From Botryllus schlosseri (taxonomy: Eukaryota), in NCBI GenBank assembly GCA_051294905.1, contig CM119372.1, positions 27,096,001 through 27,160,000 of the forward strand: 64,000 nucleotides of DNA. Reading direction: 5' to 3'. Shown here in pieces: positions 14,301 through 27,990 of this stretch (position 1 is its first letter; every line of letters starts with the position of its first letter). The notes under the pieces are model-generated. The model ran no database searches, was not told where the DNA came from, and saw only the letters and a list, made by a program, of their open reading frames with translations. The position numbers and the translations under genes are program-made.

Positions 14301-17300
14301 TTTTGGAGTGGTTTTAGAGGGAATGATAAGTTCTCAAATCCGAAATAAGATATTTTCCAGTTAAATATTGTCGAATACTTGAAAAAGGAAAATGCTGAAG
14401 CGGGCCGCGAGTTTGAGACCACTGTTTTAGACAATCCGCCGAGTTTGTGACACTGCTTTATCACAAAAATAAAAGAGATGGCGCTGCGTAAGCCTTGCTA
14501 GATGATGTTTACAAATCCCGGGACTTCATTCATATTAATCCCTGGATCGGGATTGCATCAAATCCCGCGATCGGGATTTCCCGGGGTCCCAACGCTACTA
14601 TAGATGTCAAGAGCGTCATGTGGATTAATAGACTATAGTTACAGAATTTCCAAAAATCCAAAACTTTTTGGTTCAATAGATTCGCTTCTAGGGGTTGCAA
14701 TTGAGTTAATTTGTTATGCAACGTTTTTTAGACACTGTTATGTAGCCTATAATGCTCGATGTTTTCAGAAGTAAAGTTGAAATTATTGTCAAAGACTTAT
14801 GATTAATCCTCCTAGCAGATCTAGAAATTAGATGACATCCTTCGCATTAGGAAGGTTCAAAATCACAGCACTTATTCAAGCTGCAGTAATGAGACATCAA
14901 TTCAACAAAGTAATTTGTTCATAATATAAGTAGATCATTAACAGCTCTATGAAACAGTCATAGACTCGAGGTCATGCAAGGTTAAAGACATTAAAAGCCT
15001 AAATTGAATTATCAATTGGTTGTTCTATGTGGTCAAATTACAGTTATGAACGATTCCCAGTGACCACTTTACAGCGTAACAGCAGGCCAAGCCATTGTTT
15101 GTGACATAGTAGGCTAGGAAAACCAAAAAACTACCAATATGTAACAAGCAGTGTATGAATAAGATAACGACAGGAAGAAATCGTGAATACTCCACACAAA
15201 GAGAATGTTCTTCAGGTAAATAAACCTTAATATGAACTCACTGTTGAAATCTGTAGGCCTATACAAATACAATGATGTTGAAGGGTATAGAGTAGTAATT
15301 TTAAATCTTGTGTCTTTGGTGGTCCCCTTAACTAACAGTACTCTGCTTCACCGCCCTCTTAAATTTAAATGTAGACTACAAATAAATGTGTCTCACATGC
15401 ATATACTGATAATATATAACACTTCACACTTGGGTGGGATAATTGGCATCGCTGCCTAGCGACAAAATCCCTGATCTGGGGATCAATTGCAGCGAATGAC
15501 CCAAGTAACACTGCTTCAACTTATTCTTCTTTTGCTGACCTTTCTTAATCTTGACATTAGCACATGCAAAAGAATGCAACTTATACCCATATATGGGGAA
15601 CATCATATTAGGTTTGCTGCACTCAACTAAAAAACTACTCTACAGGCCTTTGGACCCACGACCCAAATACAGCTTGACATGCCTGATGTAGACCATATAA
15701 CGCAGCGGTGGCCCTGGCCAACCTTTTTGGCTAAAGGGCCACATGCAATTGACGAGTGAGTGCACCAGCCACTAGCCACGCCAAGCGCGAAATTTTTTTC
15801 AAAGTTCATAAATGAACGAGGTCTTGAATGTTGTTACTTCAGTATATTGCAGGTCTACTGTATAGCCTACCACCCGCTGGGCACAGTTTACAAGGACAGG
15901 ACTATTCGGCATCTGGACGTATCGATATCGAAGGTTACCGATAATATGCGACAATCTTTTTGTGCCTACGTTTCATCGTCGACGATCTTTCTGCGAGCGC
16001 AAACGCAAAAAGACGTTCTCGTAATTTCGAATATCTTTAGACTCAATTCCAGGGTAAATTAGGCGTTTTTCCATTTTCAGGACTGGGTGCCAAGCCAGAA
16101 ATCGAGTGACAATGAAATGGTGCGAAGCGTGAAGAAAAATTTTGCTATTATTCTATTTTATTGTAATGTACGACGATTTACTAAAAATGTGAATAGACTT
16201 GGATCAGGCAATGAGTCGGAACTGATATTGTAGTCATCAACATCCCAAGTGTCGCAGCCAGACTAATCAAAATTCTGGTTGGCCTTGCAAGTTCACAATC
16301 AGAGCAATTCATTTTCGATAATATAGCCTAACTAATTCGAAAATAACCTCCCGGGCCACGGGTTGGCCGCCCCTGATATAACATATATACCTTTGTTATT
16401 TTCGTTGGAGTCTTTGTTTTTCCGGTTTGGAGTTGGTGAACCTTCTTGCTGTGACTGGCTGTTGTTGACCTTGCTTTTCCCAGCAGAATTTTCCGAAATT
16501 AAATTGAAGTCAATGTGCCATCTTGCACCCGCTCGACTTGGGATGAAACGATCGCCGCAGCGATCCTTGGTGGGGGTAAGTCCGCCTGGCGACGCAGTCA
16601 TTGAACGAGGCTGATTGCGGTTTGCAGTAGGTGAAATAGACGGCTAAAAAATTAAACTATCTGAAGCGAAGCGAGGTAATATATCTTCATACCGTACGGC
16701 GTACAGACAAAAATGGGATGCAAGCACAGAAAGTAGGCCTATACAGCCAATAATACAGGTCATCAGAGTAACCTGACTTATTTACATGTATAACCTATGA
16801 ACCAAATTTGCCATGATTTTGCAACTGCATTATCCCAGTCGATCAGTGAGAGTTCAGATTTTGAATAATTCGGCTAGCATACTTTCCAGTGTTTTAACTG
16901 CTATACATGAAAGCCTACCAATTGGATATCGATCACATATTAGTATTCATTACCAATTCACAGACAATAATAATGCATCATTTTTGCTGTCTATATGTGA
17001 GTTAGTTACAGTTGAATGGTTGTTCTCTTTGTCTGTTTTGAATTTGCGACAATGGTGTGACATCTGACAATGCAAAGTAAAATGATATATCGAATGGAAA
17101 ATTTATCTTCTAAATTAATCCAACTTGTATTCAATTAAAAGAAGCCGGCACTGTTAAATGTATCGGTATATCATACAGGGCAAACAGTAAATTACTTAGC
17201 GAAAGGCACAGCCCGGACAGTGCATGCAGTGAATTGATTGATAAGCATTAAGTGATTAATGACATCAGTAAGCGAATTTCATATGCAGTCAGCTTCTGCA

Positions 17301-17750
17301 TCGTCATAATACACAACGATACTATTAAAAGGTATACCGAAAGTAACTCTCGCTTAGATGATTAATACTGACGCTTCAGATAATGTCACAGATTATAGTA
17401 TCAAAACAGAATGATTAGTCAACTGCTCTACTATATCTATATGAAATTCAAACAACAGCACTGACTTACAAATAACTGATTTGGTAGTATAGGTACCGTA
17501 CCTGAAGGGAGGTGTCAAATTTATAAAGTATGAAATGCATGAATCTGCTTCGTAGGCTTATAAGTTACTTTTCATTATTGCCAAATTCTAATCACAAATG
17601 GCATCGGAAAGATGATTTTAGCAAGTCGAATAAGACATATAATTATATGCTTATTTCCATACAAACTCAGATACTTACTGAACATGACGGAGAGAAGAAA
17701 TTCTGACCATTCTGCTGTTTCAGAAGTCTCCTTTCAAATTTCTGATCCAT
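5354..17750 (-). CDS. FZR1: Fizzy-related protein homolog (Cdh1), WD40 activator of APC/C; 10 coding exons, 521 aa
   Basis: Exons (minus): 17750-17679, 16643-16391, 12179-12049, 11510-11437, 10902-10768, 9697-9583, 8913-8686, 7598-7384, 6366-6159, 5488-5354. All introns are GT-AG with consistent phases (1566 nt). Protein begins [10 protein letters not shown] and contains the C-box [41 protein letters not shown]40 repeats and the C-terminal IR tail (LNLFTRIR*), as in vertebrate FZR1. Confidence 0.97.
5616..6091. mobile_element. hAT-type MITE, GACTCGAGTC family (CAGGGTTGTAA ends), in the last fzr1 intron
   Basis: Right end TTACAACCCTG, degenerate left end CAGGCATGCAAT, TSD GTTAGAAC/GTCAGAAC. 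Homologous to 41781-42348 and 56501-56936. Confidence 0.8.
6570..7049. mobile_element. Foldback/palindromic MITE in fzr1 intron
   Basis: Roughly 190-bp imperfect inverted arms (AGGGTGGAGTAAAAATGGAAAATT ... AATTTTCCATTTTTCACTCACCCT). Confidence 0.8.
12982..14597. mobile_element. hAT-type element (TAGGGTTGGGAC ends, CGGGAT repeats) with a nested Charlie-type MITE at 13152-14424
   Basis: Outer ends TAGGGTTGGGAC/GTCCCAACGCTA with degenerate TSD CTGTAAAT/CTATAGAT. Inner CAGGGGTCTCA...TGAGACCACTG with TSD GTTTAGAC/TTTTAGAC. Confidence 0.8.
15703..16375. mobile_element. Charlie-type hAT MITE next to an fzr1 splice donor
   Basis: Ends CAGCGGTGGCC...GGTTGGCCGCCCCTG, TSD ATATAACG/ATATAACA. Right part is homologous to ~41480-41690. 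Confidence 0.75.
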
Positions 17751-18936
17751 TCTTTCAATTTTATGTGTATTTCCAATACGTAAGCAAGAGAAAAGGCGTT
17801 CTCTTGATAATATGAAAAAGCCGTAGCCAATATTTCGAGATCAGCAAGCAGTTCAGCAAGTAATGGTAGTGGAAGATCTAAAAATAAGATTAATGTATAT
17901 ATACACAATTGATATGTTGTGAAGCTGCAATGGCAGTTATAGAAAACTGCAGTGAACTTTACAAACTTTGAATTGGACGATGTGACATTAGGTAATTATG
18001 TCGATTTACATGCCAGCAATGCATATCAAATCCTCAAGCTTATAGCGATATAGGCCTAATTCAGAAAATGGTGAAACCACAATATAGCCGAATTTCCGAA
18101 AATATTCAATCACAAGCTTGGCATTGAAGCATCACACAAATTATAGACCATAGAATTAACTGGCGACATCATTTCAATCCGATAAATAACCAAGTCACTT
18201 TATTTTTAAAATCATAAAAAACTAGACGAGGATTTGTTAGACACAAGGAAATTCCGAAATTCTAATAATTTCGAACTATCAATTTTATCATCCTAGTAAT
18301 TACTAATGTCTCGTAAATTGAATTATATGGACACGGTCATTTCAATAGTATCAAGACAGTGTGCGAACGAGTTCTAGTCGAGACATAGGGATTATTATTC
18401 GTCCCTTGTCAGATCTCAAGGTACCATATCACACCTATTTGGCAAGAAATGAGATGGCATCCGTCAACTCCCGAATGGTATACAAGTTATAGACTGGAAA
18501 CACTCAAGACAGTGGGCTATATGTTTTTTTCGTCAATGAGTTGCGCGTCACGCAGAAGGGTTTCTCGCATAGGATACCTAATTAAGTAATTAAACAGAAA
18601 GTTGCCCAGGACGTTGCCACCAATTCCACTCTGGGTACCAGTAGATTAAAAAATACTTGTGAAGCAGCTGCATATGATGGTTGCCACCAATCATAATTTT
18701 ATATAAATAAAGCTTTCATCAAATCACAACACCACTAGATTGCGATATGATGAAAAGCCTAACTTTTACGGAACGTTTTTAGAGTTAACAGTCGATATAC
18801 TAGGATTGCTACTTTGCTATTGTCTTCCTTGAAAAATGTCACTTCAATTTCTTTCTGGATCCCCGCGCAGTCTGAATGAGTTTGACCTAATAACACTGAC
18901 TCGCCATCTGCCCACCACTGCATTCAGCATACTTAC

Positions 18937-19200
18937 TGGCGATTAGAAATAAATTCACGCGACTCGCGTTGGAAATATAAAGGACTCTTTACTGCACGCG
19001 TTCGTTGACTACACAACGATGACACAAAATTCAATTAAGCCAAACAGCTTTAGACGATATTCAAGTCGTTGTGAAAGCCACCAAGTCCATAGCCCGAGAA
19101 ATGCATTCTGGGAGGCAACTATCTGTGACGTACAAACGGCTGGATCATACGTAATATTTTGAAAACGCTAAGGTCGAAGATGATTGGTTGACGGAGCCGT
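18937..19200 (-). promoter_or_regulatory. Putative fzr1 promoter and non-coding first exon
   Basis: Minus-strand donor GTAAGT at ~18936 and an acceptor at ~17879 ahead of the ATG exon. CpG-rich stretch with a ZNF143-like CTCCCAGAATGCAT (~19101-19114), TGACGTA, TTTGAA and CCAAT motifs. Motif calls are inference only. Confidence 0.45.
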
Positions 19201-20323
19201 CACGCATGCCAACGCTGGATATAGCAACGGCCTTGGATACGTAAACGGCGTCTATGAAATCATTGTTTGTATACTGAAAGTCGATGTCACAGCATGTTTG
19301 AGTGGCTGTCATTTGTCGTACAGCATTGTGTTTAGAGGCTTGTTATCACGAGTGAGGTATTTGATATCTTGTCGCATTTTGAGTATTTATGTCGCAGTAG
19401 CATTTACTCTTCAATGGAATGGACGCTGTAAACCTGTTACCTGTCAGGCAAGCTACACTAGTTCAACATTGAGAGCTAAGTCATCAGTTATATATTATCA
19501 CAGTAATAGATTTTTGTATCTGCGTGACTGCCTAGGTATGGTTGATTCCTAATTAATTCCAAGTAATAAAAACCTGAATAATGAACCCATTAATCGGATG
19601 AGCGGTCGTGCGTCGCAATCATCAGCATGACGTAACATTCTGTTTCGATTTATTTTTATACTAGCATACAATTATCCGTAAATGCGTTGTGTATCATGAT
19701 CAGAATGTTGTAAGTTTTATGTATGTACATAACCATTAGTTACCATAACTACTAACCAAGAAAATGGAGATATCATCATCATTTTAAATTAAGGGTAATC
19801 GCAAGACATATGAATAAACGTGTGAACGATGCTCACGGGGCAGAATCTTAAATAGATCATTTTTGTTTACAGTAAATTCCCAGGTTGGCACTTCTGTATC
19901 GTCATATGTATTTCTAAATCAAATGCGACATGGGGAAATGGATTTTGACCCGGATCCGGAGTTCGATTTTGAGAACCGACGATTCGTATCCAGCTGTTAC
20001 GAACTCGCCCATACTATCGCATATAAACATATTATCGAATGTTTACATTTACATTCGCTACTCATACTATAGATTACTATATCCATACTTGCAGTTCTTA
20101 AATTGGGATTGTAACAATTCCTGAAATTTTAGGACTGACCCTAATTTTCATGTGACTGTTCGAAGAATATGAGTAATTGCCGGATGTTTGCCTAGATTTG
20201 TAGCCTATGCGATAGCAAACGAATTCAAGGTTTAAATTTGAAATTTAATTCTGAATTTGGCTTTGAAAATAATAATTTCACGGGAAAAGTCTGTATAGCC
20301 AATTCTACGGCATGTATACATAT

Positions 20324-21936
20324 TAGGGATGGTGTGAACGTGAGGTTCACGTTCGCGTTCTGTGTGTGAACCTCGGAAATTTAGAGGTTCGCGTTCACAA
20401 CAGAACCTTGGTAGGTTCTACACTGTGAACCTTTTTCATATATTACACTTTTCACTTCATTACAACATCTTTAGTTCATATTTATTGCATTTCAACTGCG
20501 GGCCACTCTATACACGGCGCTGGCAGCATTAAAAATCAACACTTAACGAGCATGCACCTTGACAATCTCAAATGTTTTACTTGCTTTGTTACAAAAGTTT
20601 GCTCGAAATATCCAGGTTTCCGTTGGTGAATATTTAGTGACTCTCTGTTGTGAGTTTGACCCGCATTCAAAAACATCACGAGCAATATACGTAGTCAGCG
20701 AATGATGCTTATTCAACCAATCAATGAAATTGATATCGTTTTCTGATGAAAAAAATGTAGCAGGAGTACGGGGTCAATCTTGACTTCATATCTTGACTGC
20801 ATCAATAAAACCAAATCCATGTGATTGAGGGGTTGGCCACTGGTGTATAGTGTATAACTTGTTAATAGGGTAATATTTGTAGCGAGTTTAGAAACCTGTT
20901 TTACACTCAGCTCAATATCAATGTAGCGATACTCTGACGCCGAATACATTGTCCGGTCTGGTCTCGACCGTTAGGCCTAAGTTTATCTTCCCAGGTAAGT
21001 CCTCGTCGGAATTGTTGGCAAAGCGACGGAAGATATTGATTATATGGGAGTATTATATCCTTTAATTGCCTCAGTTGATACATTTACGGTGAAGATAATA
21101 AAGTTGGATTAGCAATAAAGTTGATTAGCGCGTTCGTCAGGATTTCTCAACCCAGGATTAAGGAAACCGGTTGATCGCGGCGCATAAAGTTAGTGTTAAT
21201 CTCATGATTTAACAAACTGGAACAATGTAGATTTTTAGTTATCTATAGAAACTGCGTACCATTCCTACGTCTAATTATTCCGGATAATGACCGTGCCGAT
21301 TGTCTCCTAGGTTATGGCTTCACTAAACAATCAACGAATTATGTATTCCCACCCGTCATTGCAAAGCAATATCCGTTTCTTAGCGGTACCGTACGAATTG
21401 GACATGAGTTTCATTTCGCGATGATGATAATTCTACCTGTTACAATGACAGTATCGTCATTAGCAGGCGGCTGCTTTATGATGGAGATTGCGGAGATTGA
21501 TTCATTCACCAACTCGCAGCCTATGTATAACGCATTTTCGCATTTTGATGCAACAGATACACTTGATTGAAAACTCGGGACACCGCGACTAACCATCGCG
21601 CGTAACCTTCTCCAACTTCATGCGTCACGATTAGCAGTATTTAATCACACGATTAGCATTCTTTCGGATCAGCTAACTTTATTATCTCCACCCTCAGCGA
21701 CGTTTAAAACACCAATATGTACTTCGGAAATGTGGCATTATGTGGCCCGAGTCGTCGGTAGGTATCGTGTACATTAATATAGGCTATCACATCATTGAAA
21801 GATAGGGTTGGAATTAGCAATATGACGTCGATGTCACGTGACGTCATGAGGTTCACGTTCGTGTTCACACAGAACCTTTAAAAAAAGGTTCGGGTTCACA
21901 CGAACCTGAACCTTTCAGAGGTTCACACCATCCCTA
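20324..21936. mobile_element. Non-autonomous hAT element (TAGGGATGGTGTGAAC TIR) with an internal nested element at ~21087-21695
   Basis: 16-bp TIR, perfect TSD ATACATAT, subterminal GAACC/GGTTC repeats. The nested element (GGTGAAGATAATAAAGTT...AACTTTATTATCTCCACCC) has another copy from ~63467. Confidence 0.9.
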
Positions 21937-22108
21937 ATACATATTAATCCCCATCTAGTTTCACTGAAAGTCGGAATCGGAATCCAAGCTCATCTCACAT
22001 CGGGCGGTTATGTAATCACAAGTAGGCTGCATGAAATAAATTTATTAACAATTAAATCGCTCTCAGCGGTAGATACAAATTACGACGATAGGCGCGTATC
22101 GTGTAAGC

Positions 22109-23815
22109 CAGAGGTCTCAAACACGCGGGCCGCATGCGGCCCGCGACGGCAACTGAGAATTTTAAGTATTCAACAATATCTTCAAGTGCCAACTCAAAGT
22201 TCACGCTAAAACTAATATAAAAATCACTGAAATCTTAACAAACATCAATATGGCATCACCTTAAAAAGCTACCATGACGTAGAAGATCAGGTATTACGTC
22301 ACATTTCTAGGTCATGATGATAAAAGGTGACCCGTTGATGATTCGTGACTGAAAATTGTGATTGGGTTTGGTGCGACCTTGTCGTAAAATTACTCGATTT
22401 CGTATTGGCTGGGTGATTAAATAAAAATGACTCGAGTTTAGTCGGGTCAAACGCTGAAATCGGAGGACTTGCGACTCGGAATGGTGACTTGGTAATCCTA
22501 GGGATGCAACAATCTTTATGAAACTGTCATGGGGAATAGTAATATATCAAAAGGTCGTAGCTTGCGTTGCGTAAGGTATATAGCTATCTAATCAGGTCAG
22601 TATGGCAATCATTGATATTCTGTGACCCCCGTGACGTATAGTTGGTTACATTTGGTTACATATGCTGCATGTTGTTTGTTCTCTTCGCCCATTTTATTAT
22701 CGGTGGCGAGTAAGGTAGTAGTACGCTCTACAGCTGTAACACCAACTAATTCTTCGCCTATTGGACATTTCTATTCCAGGGGTTCTTAACCAGGGTCCGT
22801 AGACCCTATCGTGGTACGAAGCACCACATCAGGGTGTACGAGATGCATTGCAGAATTTGTAGGCCTATATGCTGTGGAATATTTTCTTTGCCAATTTATT
22901 CAACTGGAAAATAGTCTTCGCGATACGCGCGATTTTGTGAATGGGCTTTCTGATTTTAATATAGGTACCATCCGAAATTGTGTTGAAAATGGACACGGGA
23001 TACGAGAAATCTTATTGGGCGCACAAGGGGTACGATCGCTAAAAGGTTAAGAAGCATTGCTATTTTATGGCTCAATAATGATTATATTCAAGTTGCTATT
23101 GATATATCGAAGGCAAAATTTTATGCTTATTTAATTTGAGTTTGGCGATGGCAATGACAGTCTGTTTTGGGGTATTCATGGTGTTTGTCGACTACTATGG
23201 TCATTTACACCAGGCCGATATTCTTGTTATTTTCCGTAACTGCCGACTTATAGCACGGCCCACCTCTAGGCTTTTTGTAAGACACCGCTGACGCGGATGA
23301 AGTGGCGAGGAGGAGCCTAGGTAAACCTCCAACACTTAGATATCGGAATTCGGAAGTCGACCCCGGTCGGACTCGAACCCGCACCCATTGGTGTTCCAGC
23401 CGCGGATTATACCACTGCGCTATCTCGCCACACGGCAATGACAGTAACAATAGCCTATACTTATCACGGCTATATCAAAACCCGGATTAGGCTATACCGC
23501 TCAAATGCTCTGATATCAGATCAATATTCATTAGATTTTAAAATATTCTATCGCATGATGTCTATAACTCAATAATTAAAAAAATTCTGCCCGGCACAAA
23601 ACAATTTTCTTCAAATGTTGGAAAATGTGATTTTTTTTCGTGTCAAGCGTCAATAGTACAATAGTAAATTCCATTTCCACGATGTTTGTGGAATGCCTGT
23701 ATGCAAGGTCCCGTCAACCAAGGCCATTGAATATCCCGATTGTTGATGCTGCGGCCCGCAGCGTCTTCAAAACTAGGAAATTGACCCGCGAGCACATTTG
23801 AGTTTGAGACCTCTG
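22109..23815. mobile_element. Charlie-type hAT MITE with a nested MITE (~22777-23059) and a SINE
   Basis: TIR CAGAGGTCTCAAAC, perfect TSD GTGTAAGC, GCGGCCCGC subterminal motifs. Confidence 0.9.
23162..23433 (-). mobile_element. Full-length tRNA-derived SINE
   Basis: Box A TAGCGCAGTGG, box B GGTTCGAGTCC, 12-bp TSD GGCAATGACAGT on both sides. 3' fragments of the same family at ~26060-26225 and ~39055-39160. Confidence 0.88.
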
Positions 23816-24343
23816 GTGTAAGCCTACCTATCAACATTGCGTAGGCTATATTTACGTTAGTAATAGTTTCATCACTCTACTGCAATATCAAGAAATCTTA
23901 TTATAATAGCAGATAGCGGACGCAGCGAAACAATATTCCAAGACCGTCAAGAAACTTAAATAATCGCTGGTGTGTTTTTCTGGATGAACAGCTGCAACGC
24001 ATAGAAAAGCAACTTCTTCTCCAATTAATTAATCGACAAAACCACTCATTATTTTATATACGTGCTTTAGTCTTGCTCGCTAACTTAGCGTCAAAATTCA
24101 TCTGGAATCGTATCTTCACCCATTGTGTTCGTTTCGCGGACCCTTCTTTTTGCGTCTATTGCCTTGCATTCGCACGGATCGAATCAGCTTTTCAACCAAC
24201 TCAAACGAAAAAATTAAATGTAGTATACGGTAGAATGCGGACACTGGACATTGTGTGTTCTATGCTGGTTTTGTAAATGCTTAGTTTAGACGTCGTTTCG
24301 TATGAATTCGATCCCGAAGTAGACGGTATGCGGTAGTAACGAT

Positions 24344-24859
24344 TAGGGCTGGGCAAAATCGAGTACCCGGGTGATTCGATTCTGAATCACGTATTCTGCT
24401 TCGAGTCGAGTCGAGTAATCGAGTATCACTTATTATGACGTCATAACCGAATATAGTACTTCAAAGAACAAATGTGTACCTTTTATGCCACCACAAAGAA
24501 TATACTGTCCGTTATCCATCATATTAAAGAGAGCTAGGTATCTTTTGACCTCACTGATTTCATTTCACTGGGTGGCAATGCTGTGGAATGATCATGACTT
24601 CAGAAATGCGTTATTCCCAGTAACGTTTGTAGCTTTGTACTATATGTATTGTATTCTAAGTTACGACCAGTCAAGGTTTCAAGGCTTCGTCTGTGAGAAT
24701 TAGTATAGAAACTATAATTCTTGTTGATGAATTAACTTTCAGCGGCGAGGAGCGTATAATTTCAGTACTCGAAAAAATCGTATTTTACTACTCGACTCGA
24801 ATCATTAAAATTACTACTCGATTCAGATTCGAGTACTCGAATCATTATGCCCAGCCCTA
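24344..24859. mobile_element. hAT-type MITE (TAGGGCTGGGCA TIR)
   Basis: TIR TAGGGCTGGGCA, perfect TSD GTAACGAT, TCGAGTA repeats. A fragment of the same family lies at ~7250-7335. Confidence 0.9.
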
Positions 24860-25090
24860 GTAACGATAATAATCACTGCATGGCGTCCACTTATCTTCTC
24901 TGGTTAGGATTGTGTTTGAAATAAAATTAATTTGAGGCGCATATGTTTGAAACAATGCATTTATCGTCTGTCTGATCAAGATCACCTGCAGAGGCATATG
25001 ACATATCTCAATTTTCCATATTTTGGTTCAATGAAGCGCAGTGCATAGTGCAATTTTAAGCTATTACCTTCATTAAAGAAACATTGATAT

Positions 25091-25251
25091 TGCTTTCAGG
25101 ACTACGCATTCATTGCAGTAGAATTTATTACCTCGAAGACTTTTCGTGTGCCCTTCATAATATGAACTCTTGATATCTCTCGATAAGGCGGGGCACACGA
25201 AAAGTCTTCGAGTTAATAAATTCTACTGTAATGAATGTAGTTCTGAAAGCA
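25091..25251. repeat. Palindromic (hairpin) repeat, probably the core of a foldback MITE
   Basis: ~60-bp arms ending CGAAGACTTTTCGTGTGCCC / GGGCACACGAAAAGTCTTCG around a short loop. Related fragment at ~6420-6490. Confidence 0.75.
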
Positions 25252-27990
25252 ACATTCGAGTTTAGTACCGCCCGTCACATACTCGAGTATTAAAGAAACA
25301 ATTTGTACTTGTACTCTTTCCCGTTACAGTAGATCACAAAGAGCCGTTCCCGGTAGCCTGAGCTGCGTATAGTAACAATCAGCGAGCATCGTGCGGATTA
25401 GGATATGATTCGGAACGGATTTAGCACAATTTGGAGACAGTCGGATCGTGTTCGGATTCTATTGCAGATTTTGTTCCGAATATTTTCGGATAGTTGTAAC
25501 TTTGCTTCGGATATTTTTGGATAGTTTTGACCAGACGTGACTTTTTGATTTGAAGTCGGAAGAAAAAAATCGTCAGCTCAACAATCAAAACGGACCGTGT
25601 ACCCCTTGTGATAGGACTGGTAGCACTCTAAATTTGGCCTGTAAAAGGTCCAACAAATATAAATCAACCAACTCTAGGTTTAGCCTTTGTAAAGACTAAA
25701 TGTATCTTAGCTCAGCTGTGCAAGTGTAATGGGATTCTTCGAAAAGTTATTCAATTCGGATTCTGAACGAGATTTCTCGGATTCGCATTGATATTTTGAT
25801 GATATATATTGTTCTAATTCGGACGGATAGTTCCTCAGAGACTCAAGGTGCCGGATGGATTCGGATTCTCAGAAATCAATATCCGCTCATCACTAGTACC
25901 AATTGCTTGACCTTCCCCTCATTCTAATCAATAATACAGGGCATTATGTAGCCGAGTCGACTGCTCGTATTACGGTTTCTTCATTACCAACGGAGTGACC
26001 TGAATTGCGGTCGGTGCACTTACCGCCACCCTACCCATCGAAAAATCAGACGACTAAACCAACAAGGCTCCTCCTCGCCATCTAATCCGCGTAAGCGTCT
26101 TAAAAAAGCCTAGAAGTAGGCCGTGCTACAAATCGGCAGCTACGGAATCAAAAATAAAGAAAATCTGCTTGGTGTAAATGACCATTGTAGTCGACAAACA
26201 CCATGAGTACCACAAACAAACAACCCATCGTGAGGTCATAGGTCAAGGTAATTCCGTCTGGTCGTGTCATTTTAATTATACGTTTTCTCCAGTGATCCAA
26301 CCCACCAGATTCTATGCTGTACGTATCAGGTTCAATAAGTTGCTCGCCCTGAATTAATTGATATATAACCTGCGTGTTGCAATTGTCGATATCTAAAAAT
26401 TACGTGGATGTATCCGTATAAATATACGTCAGCTATTTCTTCTTAAAATCGAACTCTCACTTCAACATGGTCTTTCGAAGATATGTAGACAATTTTCACA
26501 TAATTCCACCGGTTTCGAATAAAGTAACATTGTAAAGGCTTCTGTTTATATATAACAGGTGAGTTTTAAAAGATGTTTGGCTTAAACCGCTGCCGTAACT
26601 CTAGTTTTTATTGCTGTAATAATCAATTTGAAGATCTGAGATATAATTTTTGGGACGAAATATTCCAACAAACAATCACTTCATACTGCTATTTCAATAA
26701 AAGCTTCTCGATTGAATTTCATGCGTAGTAAACTTTGGTTACGGTTTTGTAACTTAAACATTTCCGAAATGCGGAAATGCATTTCACATAAAGAAACTAG
26801 TAATTGGTGTACTGTGGCACCAAGCACGAGACATGAATTTGAACGAATTATCTCTGAGATCTCATGAACCATATGATTCTCCGTACCTTATTTTCCAATA
26901 GCAGCTTGAATCCCTGTACAGAATTACGGGTTAGCACAAAATAGCAGCTAGGAATGATTATCTAAACAATGGATAATAGTACTTTAGTTGTTTGACCAAT
27001 ACAATGAGATTAAATGGCGATGCCAGAACAAAAGAGTGCTGGAAAAATCATTCAACAGTCATCCATCCAGTCGGGTTAGGTAAAATCGAGTTGAGTCGAT
27101 TCCAATCGGGTATCGAGATCAGACGGAACTTGACATATGCACTTCATACCAGCGAAAATTGATGAAGAACACCATACGGGTCATGATCAGACACAGGACG
27201 TCTACTATAAGCTCATCGCTTATGATTACTTACGAAACATTCGAATGCAATTGTGATTTCACTGCAACTCTCGCGGTAGTCGATTTTGATTATACGATTA
27301 CATGGAAAAGTAATTACATGTATTTTTATATTTTGATTGATATGAGTCTGCATCATAAGAGGACAAATTTTTGAGAATTGTGACGCCATTTGCTTATCAA
27401 GTCATCGCTGACAATTTGTCGAACCCACTACAATTTTGGTTCTACCTGCTATACCTAAGAATCTATGCTAATACAGCGCGTGACCAATGGGAGATTAAAA
27501 TATCGAGGAAATAATAGATATAACAATTGTCGCCCCTTTCAGATTTATATTCGCCACTCATGTCAGCAACCGCCGCAGAGTTGTAATGATTTGATATTTT
27601 ATTTGAAGAGTATAAAATTTCCAAATCCTTAATCCGTGAAGGTGGGGCATCTGTGCGGTTTGCATGCTCGTCGCCTTCGCCCACGCTCCAACATTACCAG
27701 ATATCAGGTTGCCCAATAGCAATGCATTAGTGTCGATATTCACGATTAGAAAAGTTTCAATCCACACTGGGTAGTACTGGCCAATCTACTTGTACGAGCT
27801 AACGGTGTATATTAGTAACCACAGAAATGGCAGAGCTGTGGTATTCTCAATCATACAGCGAATATCTAAAATCTACCAACTGCGCGACTAGAGAGGATAA
27901 AACTCCGTTATGACAAAAATTACAAAGATGGCTCACGCAATCAATCAGCAGTTTTATTATTTTCATTCGCTCATTAGACACACATGTACA

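Noticed and set aside
5354..17750. Calling the WD40 gene CDC20
   Set aside because: The N-terminus [16 protein letters not shown] and the tail LNLFTRIR match FZR1/Cdh1, not CDC20.
23355..23433. tRNA gene (also at ~150-224)
   Set aside because: Box A and box B are present, but the sequence continues into a repeated SINE body, and the 23162-23433 copy has a 12-bp TSD.
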